DNA from: an uncultured Acidobacteriota bacterium
Lineage (GTDB): Bacteria; Acidobacteriota; Terriglobia; Acidiferrales; UBA7541
Direction: 5' to 3'
Length of the DNA: 64,000 nucleotides
NCBI GenBank assembly: GCA_963842745.1
Contig: CAWJHO010000003.1
Coordinates: 639,544-703,543 of the forward strand
In this document: positions 44,135 to 53,459 of the stretch, piece by piece
How the letters are laid out: every line of letters begins with the position of its first letter
Numbering within the stretch: position 1 is the stretch's first letter
The notes under the pieces: generated by a model
Told to the model about the DNA's origin: nothing
Seen by the model: the letters and a program-made list of their open reading frames with translations, nothing else
Database searches by the model: none
Program-made: the position numbers and the translations under genes

Positions 44135-46075
44135 TCACCAGCCTCCACCCCCGCCTCCTCCTCCACCTCCTCCGGAACCTCCCGATCCGCCGCCTCCGCC
44201 GGAACCCGGCGCGGACGACGAGGAAGAAATGGCGCTGGTGAAGGAACCACTGAACGACGAAGCGAAGCTCGACCCGGTGAATGCACCCAAGGAGGAGCCT
44301 GAGTAGAACGACGGCGTGTAAGCCACGCCGGAATTGCCAGGCACAGTGCCTGCCGCGGCGAGTACGCCGGAGAATTTTTCCGACCAATCCTGTTCCACGT
44401 CCAGCGCCAACGCGTACGGCAGAAACTTCTCAAACACCGCAGGAGTCTGCTGGGGCGGCATGGCGCGGTTCAGGCGGTCGCTATCCACGGCGCCGAGGAA
44501 CATCTTGAAGCCCTCGATCTGGTCCAGCAGGCGCCGACCGGCGTACGTCGGGGCTTTCATCAAATAGAGAAAGACAATGTGAAGTACGGCGCTGGCAAGT
44601 GCGAACACGACCAGGGCGAGGGAGGTGATCCTCATTAGGATGGCGAGGACTACGATTTCTCCCCCGACAAAGGGGATGCAAAAAAGCGTGATGAATATTG
44701 CTTTCCCTGTGTCGCCAAAAGGGATCTCTCCGCGTGAGAACGCGGCGTGCCAGGCCTGTACAACATTCTTCAGCAGCGCGGCCACGCCAATGGACCAGAA
44801 GGTCAGCCAGAAACACAGAAATGCGCCGATGAAAAGCTGCGGCCCGCCATGTGCCATCAGGTAGGCGACGACAATCGCAAGAGAAAGGAGAACCGGCGGC
44901 AATAGATAGCGGGAATTGGTGACGAAATAGACTTTGTATTCCGCGGTCTTCAGCCACTTCTGGGCGGCCAGCAAAGCTGCTTGGATGACTTCATGATTAT
45001 CCTGAACCAGCCAGATTACCTTGCGGCCCTCGAACAATACGCCAGCGATCTGCTTTTCGTCGGGCGTGAGCACGCGCTCATCCTTGTCCGTGAGGCTGAG
45101 CATATAGGAACCGGCATCTTCCTTGATCTTCAGGTATCCACGCGCGGCCATGTCCAGAATTGCGGCGGCAAACGTCTTGTTGTCGAAGCCCATGCGTACC
45201 AGATACCGCATGGCCGCTGGCGAGAGAGTCCCGGGTGGCTCATACAGGGGCATGATGACCCCGGGTCGCGGGTCGCGGCCCACCTCCGCCCAAGCAATCA
45301 GGTAGTAGAGAAGCAGGACCAGGAGGCCGGTAGCCAGGAGAAGTGCGTCGCGATTGTCCCGGAAGAAATATTCGGCTTTTTGCGAAAACGTGGGCGGCGT
45401 CACGTAGCCCTTGGGCCATTTCAGCAGGATGCTGAGGCCTTCTTTGACGAAGAGTGGACGCGTGGCAGTGAATTGGAACGCATCGGCTTCCCGCGAACTG
45501 GATAGTTTGGATTCCCGCGAACCCTTGGGTCCCGTGAAGCCTGAGAGTGTCACTTGATCCGCAGGGATCGTGGGGAGCAGGTGCACGGTGGCGCTAGCTT
45601 GGTCGACGCGGAAATTCCAGCCTATTCCGGTGACGTTCCAGAAAAGCTCGTCATGATCGGAGAAGAAGCCCAATTGCCGGTTGGTCGTGTAGGTCAGCGT
45701 ATAGACATGACGCCCCGGCGGAACCAGCGCATTAGAGTCCCCAAGGTAAATGCGCACTCCGTTGGCATAGTTTTCGACGCGGAATGTTTCGTCCGTGGAA
45801 TCGCGCGTGGCCGAGAGCATCTGGAACCCGACGACATAGCGATTGTTGTACGGGTCGGAATAATGCGTGGGGAAATCGCGAAAGATGCCATGGCGGATCT
45901 GGCCGCCTGCGGCGACCACGGTGATGGTCTCGGTAACCTGCAGTGAGGAGTCGTCCTGTAGCGCGATGTCGCTATGGAAATCAAGGATGCGCTCCGTTTG
46001 GGCAAAGCATGGCACGGACCAGGAATGCAGGGCGACGAGGAAGAGGAACACACGGCTGTTTAACAGGTGGCGCAT
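44135..46075 (-). CDS. DUF2207-like membrane protein with a poly-Gly C-terminal tail
   Basis: Signal peptide, a periplasmic beta-rich domain (GIFRDFPTHY), multiple TM helices, and a tail SSSSAPGSGGGGGSGGSGGGGGGGGGGGW. Confidence 0.85.
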   Translation of the reverse strand: MRHLLNSRVFLFLVALHSWSVPCFAQTERILDFHSDIALQDDSSLQVTETITVVAAGGQIRHGIFRDFPTHYSDPYNNRYVVGFQMLSATRDSTDETFRVENYANGVRIYLGDSNALVPPGRHVYTLTYTTNRQLGFFSDHDELFWNVTGIGWNFRVDQASATVHLLPTIPADQVTLSGFTGPKGSRESKLSSSREADAFQFTATRPLFVKEGLSILLKWPKGYVTPPTFSQKAEYFFRDNRDALLLATGLLVLLLYYLIAWAEVGRDPRPGVIMPLYEPPGTLSPAAMRYLVRMGFDNKTFAAAILDMAARGYLKIKEDAGSYMLSLTDKDERVLTPDEKQIAGVLFEGRKVIWLVQDNHEVIQAALLAAQKWLKTAEYKVYFVTNSRYLLPPVLLSLAIVVAYLMAHGGPQLFIGAFLCFWLTFWSIGVAALLKNVVQAWHAAFSRGEIPFGDTGKAIFITLFCIPFVGGEIVVLAILMRITSLALVVFALASAVLHIVFLYLMKAPTYAGRRLLDQIEGFKMFLGAVDSDRLNRAMPPQQTPAVFEKFLPYALALDVEQDWSEKFSGVLAAAGTVPGNSGVAYTPSFYSGSSLGAFTGSSFASSFSGSFTSAISSSSSAPGSGGGGGSGGSGGGGGGGGGGGW

Positions 46076-46250
46076 GGAGAGATGCTCTACTTCAGTCTAG
46101 CTGCAGAAGAGCACGCATACACGGAGTTGCGCTGGGGTGGTTAATTGCTAATCGGCAACAGCAGGAACGGACTGCAGGTGGAAAAACCCGAACGCCTCGC
46201 GTCAGAATGCGGCGGGTTGAGAAGCGCCAGGACTAGCTCTGCACTACAGC

Positions 46251-47525
46251 TCAAGCGCGATAGACAATCCTGCCGGCGACGATGGTAGCAACCGGGCCGC
46301 CCCTAAACGATTTCCCGTCGAACGGCGAATTGCGCGATTTGCTGGCCGACTCTTTTACGTTATATGTCCACGCCCGATCCAGCGAAAAAATGGTGATGTC
46401 CGCGGGCTCACTGACGGCGAGTTTGCGTTCCTTGCCCAGGACGCGCGCGGGCCCAGTGGTAAAAAGTTCCACCATGCGCATCAAGGAGAGCTTGCCGCTG
46501 TGCACGAGTTGCTCCAGCGCCAGGCCGAGAGCCGTCTCGAAGCCCATGATGCCGAAGGGCGACTTGTCGAACTCCACATCCTTCAGGGCCGGCTCGTGAG
46601 GGGCATGATCGGTGGCGATGGCGTCCACTGTGCCATCGGCGAGGCCCTGCCAAAGGGCTTCCCGGTCTGTGCGCGCGGCCAGTGGCGGATTTATTTTGTA
46701 GCGCGAATCGTAAGTCACATCCTCGTCAATCAACGTGAAATGGTGCGGCGTGACTTCGCAGGTGACGCGCAGCCCATTCTGCTTGGCATAGCGCACCTGA
46801 TCGAGCGAGGCTTTCGCCGAAAGATGCGCGATGTGCAGCCGTGCGCCGGTAAGCTCTGCGAGCTGGACATCGCGGGCAACGCAGACGGATTCCGCGGCCG
46901 CCGGCATGCCCGACAAACCAAGGCGAGTGGAAGCGATGCCTTCGCGCATCACGGCGCCCGCGGCAAGCGAAACATCCTCGGCGTGCTCAATCACGGGGAG
47001 TTCCAGCGTGCGGCAGTAGTCCATAATCTGCCGCGCCAGTTTGGCCGTGGCGATGGGTTTGCCGTCATCGGAAACGGCCACAATACCCGCTTCGCGCATC
47101 GCCCCAATCTCGGCAATGGCTTCGCCTTTGCTGCCCACGCTGGCTGCGCCAATTGGCCAGACGCGCACGTGGCCGTGGACCTTGGCGCGATCGGCAATGA
47201 ACCGCGTGATCGACGCGTTGTCGTTCACCGGCTTAGTGTTGGGCATGCAGCAGACCGCCGTGAAGCCGCCGCGGGCAGCAGCAAGCGTACCGGTCTCGAT
47301 GGTTTCCGAATTTTCCTGGCCGGGTTCGCGCAGGTGCGCGTGCATGTCAATAAAACCTGGCGCGACAATCAGCCCGGAAGCGTCGAACACTTCCGCTCCG
47401 TTCGCGAGGGATATTTTCCCGGTTGGGGTGATTTCCGCGATGCGCTCGCCATCCAGCAGGATGTCGCGCGGTGCATCGGTCTTGGACGCGGGATCGAAGA
47501 CGCGCCCGTTCTTAATCAGAAGCAT
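46251..47525 (-). CDS. pyrC: dihydroorotase
   Basis: 424 aa with the GFIDMHAHLREPG metal-binding motif. 14-nt overlap with pyrB. Confidence 0.93.
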   Translation of the reverse strand: MLLIKNGRVFDPASKTDAPRDILLDGERIAEITPTGKISLANGAEVFDASGLIVAPGFIDMHAHLREPGQENSETIETGTLAAARGGFTAVCCMPNTKPVNDNASITRFIADRAKVHGHVRVWPIGAASVGSKGEAIAEIGAMREAGIVAVSDDGKPIATAKLARQIMDYCRTLELPVIEHAEDVSLAAGAVMREGIASTRLGLSGMPAAAESVCVARDVQLAELTGARLHIAHLSAKASLDQVRYAKQNGLRVTCEVTPHHFTLIDEDVTYDSRYKINPPLAARTDREALWQGLADGTVDAIATDHAPHEPALKDVEFDKSPFGIMGFETALGLALEQLVHSGKLSLMRMVELFTTGPARVLGKERKLAVSEPADITIFSLDRAWTYNVKESASKSRNSPFDGKSFRGGPVATIVAGRIVYRA

Positions 47526-48516
47526 GGGCAGATTCCTTGGGCTTCGTTTCGCCTTTAACTTCGAGCGCGGGATGCGTGCCTTCCGTGGCGCCTATCATCA
47601 GCAGGTAGAGAATAGCCATGCGCACCGCCACACCATTAGTTACTTGTTCGAGCACGGCGGAGCGCGGCCCGTCGGCCACTTCCGGTGTAATTTCGATGCC
47701 GCGATTGATGGGGCCGGGATGCAGGATGAGCGCGTCCTTCTTGGCCAGGCGCATGCGTTCGGCGTTGAGCTGGTAGAGCAGAATGTAGTCGTTTTGCGCG
47801 AGAGACGGCTCGTGCATACGCTCTGTTTGCACGCGCAGGACAATAATCACGTCCGCATCTTCCAGCGCTTCTTCGACGCGATAAACGCAGCGGATGGGCG
47901 TTCCCGGCGGCCCGATCTTCTCCAGTTCGCGCGGAACCCACATGGCGGGTCCGCAGAGCGTGAAGCGGCAGCCGAATTTTCCCAGCAGGTGAATATTGGA
48001 GCGAGCCACCCGCGAGTGGGAAATATCGCCAAGAATGGTCACGTTCAGGTTTTTCAACGTGCCTTTGCGGTCGCGGATGGTCAGCGCATCGAGCAACCCC
48101 TGCGAAGGATGCTCATGCGTGCCATCGCCCGCATTGACCACGGGAATTTCCAGGTGCCGCGCCACAAAGTCTGCCGCGCCTGAAGACGAATGGCGCATTA
48201 CGAAACAATCCGGCTTCATGGCGTTCAGGTTGTTGGCGGTGTCCAGCAGCGTCTCGCCCTTCTTCAAGCTGGAGGCTTCCGCTTGCAGGTTCATGGTGTC
48301 CGCGCCGAGGCGCGAGGCGGCCGTTCCGAAACTCAGGCGCGTGCGCGTGGAGTTCTCGAAAAAGGCGAGCACCACGGTTTTGCCGCGCAGCGTGGCGAGC
48401 TTTTTCAGCGGGTGCCGCTGGATTTCCTGGAATGGCTGGGACTGATCGAGAATGAAAGTCAGTTCATCCGCGGAGAGCGGTTCGAGGGCGAGCAAATCAC
48501 GAAAGCGATAGGTCAC
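47512..48516 (-). CDS. pyrB: aspartate carbamoyltransferase catalytic subunit
   Basis: FFENSTRTRLSF and HEHPSQGLLD motifs. GTG start. Confidence 0.95.
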   Translation of the reverse strand: MTYRFRDLLALEPLSADELTFILDQSQPFQEIQRHPLKKLATLRGKTVVLAFFENSTRTRLSFGTAASRLGADTMNLQAEASSLKKGETLLDTANNLNAMKPDCFVMRHSSSGAADFVARHLEIPVVNAGDGTHEHPSQGLLDALTIRDRKGTLKNLNVTILGDISHSRVARSNIHLLGKFGCRFTLCGPAMWVPRELEKIGPPGTPIRCVYRVEEALEDADVIIVLRVQTERMHEPSLAQNDYILLYQLNAERMRLAKKDALILHPGPINRGIEITPEVADGPRSAVLEQVTNGVAVRMAILYLLMIGATEGTHPALEVKGETKPKESAHASD

Positions 48517-48631
48517 ATTTGGGCTCAGATGATCACGCGGCGGGCCTCGGAGCGCCGAGGAGTTCTCCGCCCCTTCCTTAATCTCATTTTACGCGGACCG
48601 GCGTCACGACGCAAAAATTTCGTTGCTGTTT

Positions 48632-49183
48632 CTAAGCCTCCACGCGGTCCACGAGGATAACGCGCTCTTCGTTGTCGATCTCCCGCAAGCGAACTTCGAT
48701 AATCTCGGTGTCGCTGGTCTGGATGTCACGGCCCACGTACTGCGCCTCAATGGGCATTTCGCGGTGGCCACGGTCAATCAACACGCACAAAGAAACACGT
48801 TTGGGCCGGCCAAGATCGAACAACCCGTTCATGGCCGCGCGGACCGTGCGCCCGGTGTAAAGCACGTCGTCAACAAGGACCAGGTCCAGGCTGTCCACCG
48901 GGAACGAAATATGCGAGGACTGCAGCACCGCCTGTGGCGCGATCTTTGACAAATCGTCGCGGTACAACGTGATGTCCAGCGTGCCCACGGGAACCTCCAC
49001 GCCATCGATCCCGCGCATGGCCTGCGCGATTCGCTGCGCCAGGGGCACGCCGCGCCGGCGAATCCCAATCAACGCCAGATGCCGGGTACCGCCGCTTTTT
49101 TCCACAATCTGGTGTGCCAGACGCTGTAACGTGCGGTCGATCTCCGCCGCGGACATCAACTGACTTCTTTCGACGAGTCGCAT
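48632..49183 (-). CDS. pyrR: bifunctional pyr operon regulator / uracil phosphoribosyltransferase PyrR
   Basis: 183 aa with the PRTase motif LVLVDDVLYTGRTVRAA. It is the first gene of pyrR-pyrB-pyrC. Confidence 0.93.
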   Translation of the reverse strand: MRLVERSQLMSAAEIDRTLQRLAHQIVEKSGGTRHLALIGIRRRGVPLAQRIAQAMRGIDGVEVPVGTLDITLYRDDLSKIAPQAVLQSSHISFPVDSLDLVLVDDVLYTGRTVRAAMNGLFDLGRPKRVSLCVLIDRGHREMPIEAQYVGRDIQTSDTEIIEVRLREIDNEERVILVDRVEA

Positions 49184-49313
49184 AGTTGCGTAATCCTAGC
49201 ACAACTGGAGGCCACAAATGGCGTGACGCCGGGCACAGAATCGCGTGCGCATTTACGGGTTATTCTCGCGGGCATGCTAGACTCTCGCTGACCGAGGAAA
49301 GGAGTCAACCAAA

Positions 49314-51038
49314 ATGCGCTGGGCGGTGGCTGTTCACCCTGTAAGGCGGTGTTTGTGCGTAACATTTGCAGGGGCGTTGTTTGCTGCACTGGCTTTCGGG
49401 GCTCAAGTGCCGAGGAAGCCCCCCGTCAGGAGCATCCCGCATCCCGCGCGTCCGAAACTCGTGGTGATGATCGTTGTGGACCAAATGCGCGGCGACTATG
49501 TGGACAAACTCCGTGGACAGTGGACGGGGGGACTCAAGCGACTGGTTGAAGAAGGTGCCTGGTTTCGTGAAGCGGCTTATCCCTATGCGGCCACGGAGAC
49601 CTGCGTGGGCCACGCCACGATCTCGACAGGAGCGTTTCCGGCGAGCCACGGAATGATCGCCAACGCCTGGTGGGACCGCGATCAACAGAAAATGGTCACC
49701 TGCACCAGCGATCCCAGTGCGAAAAATGTGGCCTATGCGGGTGGCAGCACCAAAGGCGGGGATTCCGCGGTGAGGATGCAACTGCCCTCGTTTGCCGAGG
49801 AACTCAAATTCCAGACGGGCGGGGCCACGCGCGTGGTCACGTTCTCCCTGAAGGCCCGCGCGGCAATCACCCTGGCGGGGCACAGAGCCGACGCCGCCAC
49901 TTGGCTGGATTCCAGCACTGGCGCTTGGGTCACTTCCTCAACCTACGGCACAATGCCCTTCGTCGAGGAGTTTGCGAAAAAACACCCTCTGTCGGAGGAC
50001 TACGGAAAGACATGGTCGCTCTCACTGCCGGAAAGCGCCTATTTCTATGACGAGAAAGCGACGGGCGCCGCACCGCCAGGAGAGTGGTCGCTTACCTTTC
50101 CTCATCCGCTGCGCGGGGAAGAGGGAAGCTCATCCGCCGATGAGGTGTTTTTCGAGCACTGGGCGAGCAGTCCGTTTGCCGATACATACCTGACGCACAT
50201 GGCGGAGGCTGCGATTGATTCTCTGGGCTTGGGCAAAGCGGGTGGCACGGATTATTTGGGTGTGAGCTACTCCACGGTCGATTATGTTGGCCATGCCTAT
50301 GGCCCGCGCAGCCGTGAGATTCAGGACATTCTGGTGCGCCTGGATAAGGACCTCGGCGAGTTGCTGGCGCACCTTGATCAGAAGGTTGGACGCGGGAACT
50401 ACATCGTGGCATTGAGTGCCGACCACGGTGTCGTGCCCGTGCCGGAAGATATGGCCAGGACGGGCGTGGACGCGGGTGTGTTAATCACTCCTGAATTGCA
50501 GGAACGCATGGAAAAGGCGCTGGAGCCGTTCAACTACCCGAAGCCCGCGATCGCCCGCCTGGCCGAGGGCAATGTGTACTTTTCCCCCGGAATTTATGCC
50601 CGCTTGCAGCAGGACCCCGCGGCGCGGCGCGCAGTGATGGACACGGCGCTCGCGCAGCCGGGTGTGGCCGCGGTCTACCGCGCCGAAGACTTGAGCGGGG
50701 CAGTTTCGAGCAGTTCGCAAATCCGCACGGCCTTGACGCTCAGTTATTTCCCCAGCCGCAGCGGCGACCTGTTCATCGTTCCGAAGCCCTACTGGCTCGT
50801 GGGAGGATCGCCCGCGGGCAAGAGAGGCGGCTCCGGCACAGGACACGGAACTCCTTACAATTACGATCAGCACGTGCCTCTGCTCTTGCTGGGATACGGG
50901 ATCCAGCCGGGCGAGTATTTTAGGGCGGTCACGCCTGCCGACATCGCACCCACCTTTGCCTCGCTTTGCGGCATCACACTGGCTACGCGCGATGGGCGCG
51001 TCCTGGCGGAAGCTCTGCATACACGTGAGTCCAAATAA
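49314..51038 (+). CDS. alkaline phosphatase / nucleotide pyrophosphatase-phosphodiesterase superfamily protein, secreted
   Basis: Signal peptide. VVDQMRGDY, ATETCVGHATISTGAFP and ALSADHG motifs of the AlkP-core fold. Confidence 0.88.
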   Translation: MRWAVAVHPVRRCLCVTFAGALFAALAFGAQVPRKPPVRSIPHPARPKLVVMIVVDQMRGDYVDKLRGQWTGGLKRLVEEGAWFREAAYPYAATETCVGHATISTGAFPASHGMIANAWWDRDQQKMVTCTSDPSAKNVAYAGGSTKGGDSAVRMQLPSFAEELKFQTGGATRVVTFSLKARAAITLAGHRADAATWLDSSTGAWVTSSTYGTMPFVEEFAKKHPLSEDYGKTWSLSLPESAYFYDEKATGAAPPGEWSLTFPHPLRGEEGSSSADEVFFEHWASSPFADTYLTHMAEAAIDSLGLGKAGGTDYLGVSYSTVDYVGHAYGPRSREIQDILVRLDKDLGELLAHLDQKVGRGNYIVALSADHGVVPVPEDMARTGVDAGVLITPELQERMEKALEPFNYPKPAIARLAEGNVYFSPGIYARLQQDPAARRAVMDTALAQPGVAAVYRAEDLSGAVSSSSQIRTALTLSYFPSRSGDLFIVPKPYWLVGGSPAGKRGGSGTGHGTPYNYDQHVPLLLLGYGIQPGEYFRAVTPADIAPTFASLCGITLATRDGRVLAEALHTRESK

Positions 51039-51100
51039 TTCCACAAGGTGCGCAGGATTTTTCGGATGGACAAGGAGCTTCGTGCTATTCTCTCCCCAGC

Positions 51101-52039
51101 GTGAGTTTCTCTGACCGCGTTGACCTCAGTGTTCAGGTTGGCGCCCTGCGCCTCGCTAATCCCGTCATCGCTGCAAGCGGCACCTTTGGCTATGGCCTGG
51201 AATTTGCCCATATTGTGGACTTGAACCGCCTGGGCGGCTTCGTCACCAAGGGCATTTCCCTCGAGCCCATCGAAGGTGCACCCGCTCCCCGGCTCTGCGA
51301 AACTCCTTCCGGTATGCTGAACGCGGTAGGTCTGCAGAACGTAGGCGTAGCTGCGTTCGTAAAGGACAAGCTTCCCCTGTTGCAGAAATACAACACCAAC
51401 GTCATCGTCAACGTCTTTGGCTACGCGATCGAGGACTACGTAGAGGTCATCCGGCGGCTTGAGGATGCCCCCGGGATTGCCGCCTATGAGCTCAATATTT
51501 CCTGCCCCAACGTAAAAAAGGGGGGAATGCAGTTCGGAAGTAATCCCGATTTGGTCGCAGAAGTTGTTATGGCAGCCCGTCAGGCCGCTAGGCAGCGCCC
51601 GCTCTGGGTGAAGCTCATGCCGCTCGTCACGGACATTGGCTTGATCGCCAAAGCAGCGGAATCCTCCGGTGCGGATGCCTTGACCGTGGCCAACACCTAT
51701 CCTGCTATGGCCATTGATGTTAGGACGGGAAAATCAAAGCTTGGCAACCTCACGGGTGGGCTATCTGGTCCAGCAATCAAGCCGATCACGCTACGGCTAG
51801 TTTGGCAGGCCCGGAAGGCGGTGAAGATCCCTATCGTTGGCTTGGGGGGGGTCGAGACGGCAGAAGACGTGCTCGATTATATCTGCGTTGGCGCGTCCGC
51901 AGTACAGGTCGGAACGGCCAGTTTTGCTGACCCGAGGGCCAGTGAGGCAATAATCGGAGGTTTGGGGCCCTTGGTACGAACGGTTAAGTGTAATACTATC
52001 AGTGAATTAATTGGGAGATTCGGAACCGATTTTGGTTGA
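51101..52039 (+). CDS. pyrD: dihydroorotate dehydrogenase, class 1 (Cys active site)
   Basis: ANPVIAASGTFGYG, NISCPN and GGLSGPAIKP motifs. GTG start. No pyrK-like gene is adjacent. Confidence 0.93.
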   Translation: MSFSDRVDLSVQVGALRLANPVIAASGTFGYGLEFAHIVDLNRLGGFVTKGISLEPIEGAPAPRLCETPSGMLNAVGLQNVGVAAFVKDKLPLLQKYNTNVIVNVFGYAIEDYVEVIRRLEDAPGIAAYELNISCPNVKKGGMQFGSNPDLVAEVVMAARQAARQRPLWVKLMPLVTDIGLIAKAAESSGADALTVANTYPAMAIDVRTGKSKLGNLTGGLSGPAIKPITLRLVWQARKAVKIPIVGLGGVETAEDVLDYICVGASAVQVGTASFADPRASEAIIGGLGPLVRTVKCNTISELIGRFGTDFG

Positions 52040-52095
52040 CATAATGCTGTTTTTCTACTACACTTTCTGAGCGTTTGTAGTTAAAAGAACACACT

Positions 52096-52545
52096 ATGCA
52101 ACGACCACTCTTTATCGCTTGGGCTGCTATCCGGTGGGTGCCGCTGATGTTCCTCATCGCGCCCGTCATGGAAGCTCCCCTCGTCGCTCACCTGAGTGAG
52201 CCAGTCAAACCCATAAAGGTCTGGAGCGGCAACGCCAGTTGGTATGGTCCGGAGTTCAATGGCAAGCGGACCGCCAACGGGGAGACCTTTAGCTGCGAGG
52301 CTCTGACCGCAGCGCACCCCCACCTACCCTTTAACTCTTGGGTGCGCATCGTCAACCCTCGTAACGGCAAGTTTGAAGTGGTACGTATTAATGATCGGGG
52401 TCCCTACCAAGAAGGCCGCGAAATTGATGTATCCTATCGGGTAGCCCGGAAGATTGGCCTGATCCACTCGGGAGTAAGCCAGGTGCGGCTGGAACTGATG
52501 CAACTGCCGCCCAAGCGCGACCGAGCCGACGAAAGCCAGAAGTAA
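52096..52545 (+). CDS. rlpA: RlpA-like double-psi beta-barrel (septal ring lytic transglycosylase family) protein
   Basis: ASWYGPEFNGKRTANGETF ... VRINDRGP, which is the DPBB signature. Confidence 0.85.
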   Translation: MQRPLFIAWAAIRWVPLMFLIAPVMEAPLVAHLSEPVKPIKVWSGNASWYGPEFNGKRTANGETFSCEALTAAHPHLPFNSWVRIVNPRNGKFEVVRINDRGPYQEGREIDVSYRVARKIGLIHSGVSQVRLELMQLPPKRDRADESQK

Positions 52546-52568
52546 ATGCTTCGGGCGCGTCCCGAACC

Positions 52569-53312
52569 TTGACCTTTGACGCCCATCCACGCAGCAGTCT
52601 GATTGTTGCCCTCGATTTTGACTCTCTATCCACAGCGCTGAATTTCGCGAAGCAGGTAGCGGATCTTGTCGGCATGTTCAAGATCGGCAGCCAACTCTTC
52701 ACTTCCGCAGGACCCGAAGCGGTCCGCCAGGTGGCGCAACTGGGAGCGGGCATTTTTCTCGACCTGAAATTCCACGACATTCCCAACACGGTGGCGGGAG
52801 CGGTGCTTGCCTCTGCCGCGATGCCCGGCGTGCAGCTCGTCAATGTGCACGCGCTTGGCGGCAGCGCGATGTTGCGCGCCGCGGCTCAGGCAATCAGCGC
52901 CGGCGTGCCTATGGGCGCGGACCGTCCGCGGCTACTTGCAGTGACTATCCTGACCAGCATGGATCAGAAGGCCGTTCGCGAAGTGGGTATTGGCGGGCCA
53001 CCATCAACGCGCGTGGTGAAGCTCGCGAAGCTCGCGCAAAAGGCGGGCGTGGATGGCGTGGTGGCTTCTGTGCGCGAAACCAAGGCGATTCGCAAAGCCT
53101 GCGGCCGGGAATTCCTGATTGTGACCCCGGGTGTGCGACCCAAAGAGACCACGATCGTAGAAAAAAAGGACGACCAGAAGCGCACCGCGACTCCCCGCGA
53201 AGCGATTCGCGCCGGCGCCGATTTCATCATCGTGGGACGCCCCATTTTGGCGGCGAGCGATCCGCGCGCGGCGGCCCAGGAAATTGTGGACGAAATCGCC
53301 AGTTCCAAATAG
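52569..53312 (+). CDS. pyrF: orotidine 5'-phosphate decarboxylase
   Basis: LIVALDF, FLDLKFHDIPNT and IIVGRPI motifs. TTG start. Confidence 0.93.
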   Translation: MTFDAHPRSSLIVALDFDSLSTALNFAKQVADLVGMFKIGSQLFTSAGPEAVRQVAQLGAGIFLDLKFHDIPNTVAGAVLASAAMPGVQLVNVHALGGSAMLRAAAQAISAGVPMGADRPRLLAVTILTSMDQKAVREVGIGGPPSTRVVKLAKLAQKAGVDGVVASVRETKAIRKACGREFLIVTPGVRPKETTIVEKKDDQKRTATPREAIRAGADFIIVGRPILAASDPRAAAQEIVDEIASSK

Positions 53313-53459
53313 AAGAGCCTTTGCGAACAGCTTCCGTCTGAGTCTCGGGAGATGCGGTGCCCGCCATTCAGGCCGGCCGCGAGTCCATGCTTTGTTCCTG
53401 GCGAGCCCGGCGCAGTAAGAAAGCCGTTGGTTTCGCACTAACATAGCCTGGGAAATTCA

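Noticed and set aside
46500-48183. Plus-strand ORFs 46500..47558 (352 aa) and 47041..48183 (380 aa) opposite pyrC and pyrB
   Set aside because: Shadow ORFs. pyrC and pyrB motifs are unambiguous on the minus strand.
53313-53459. Looked for tRNA-Sec (selC) next to selB, and likewise around selD (10021-10126, 11204-11225)
   Set aside because: No UCA anticodon loop context or long acceptor/T-arm pattern was visible. The spacers are too short or unstructured.
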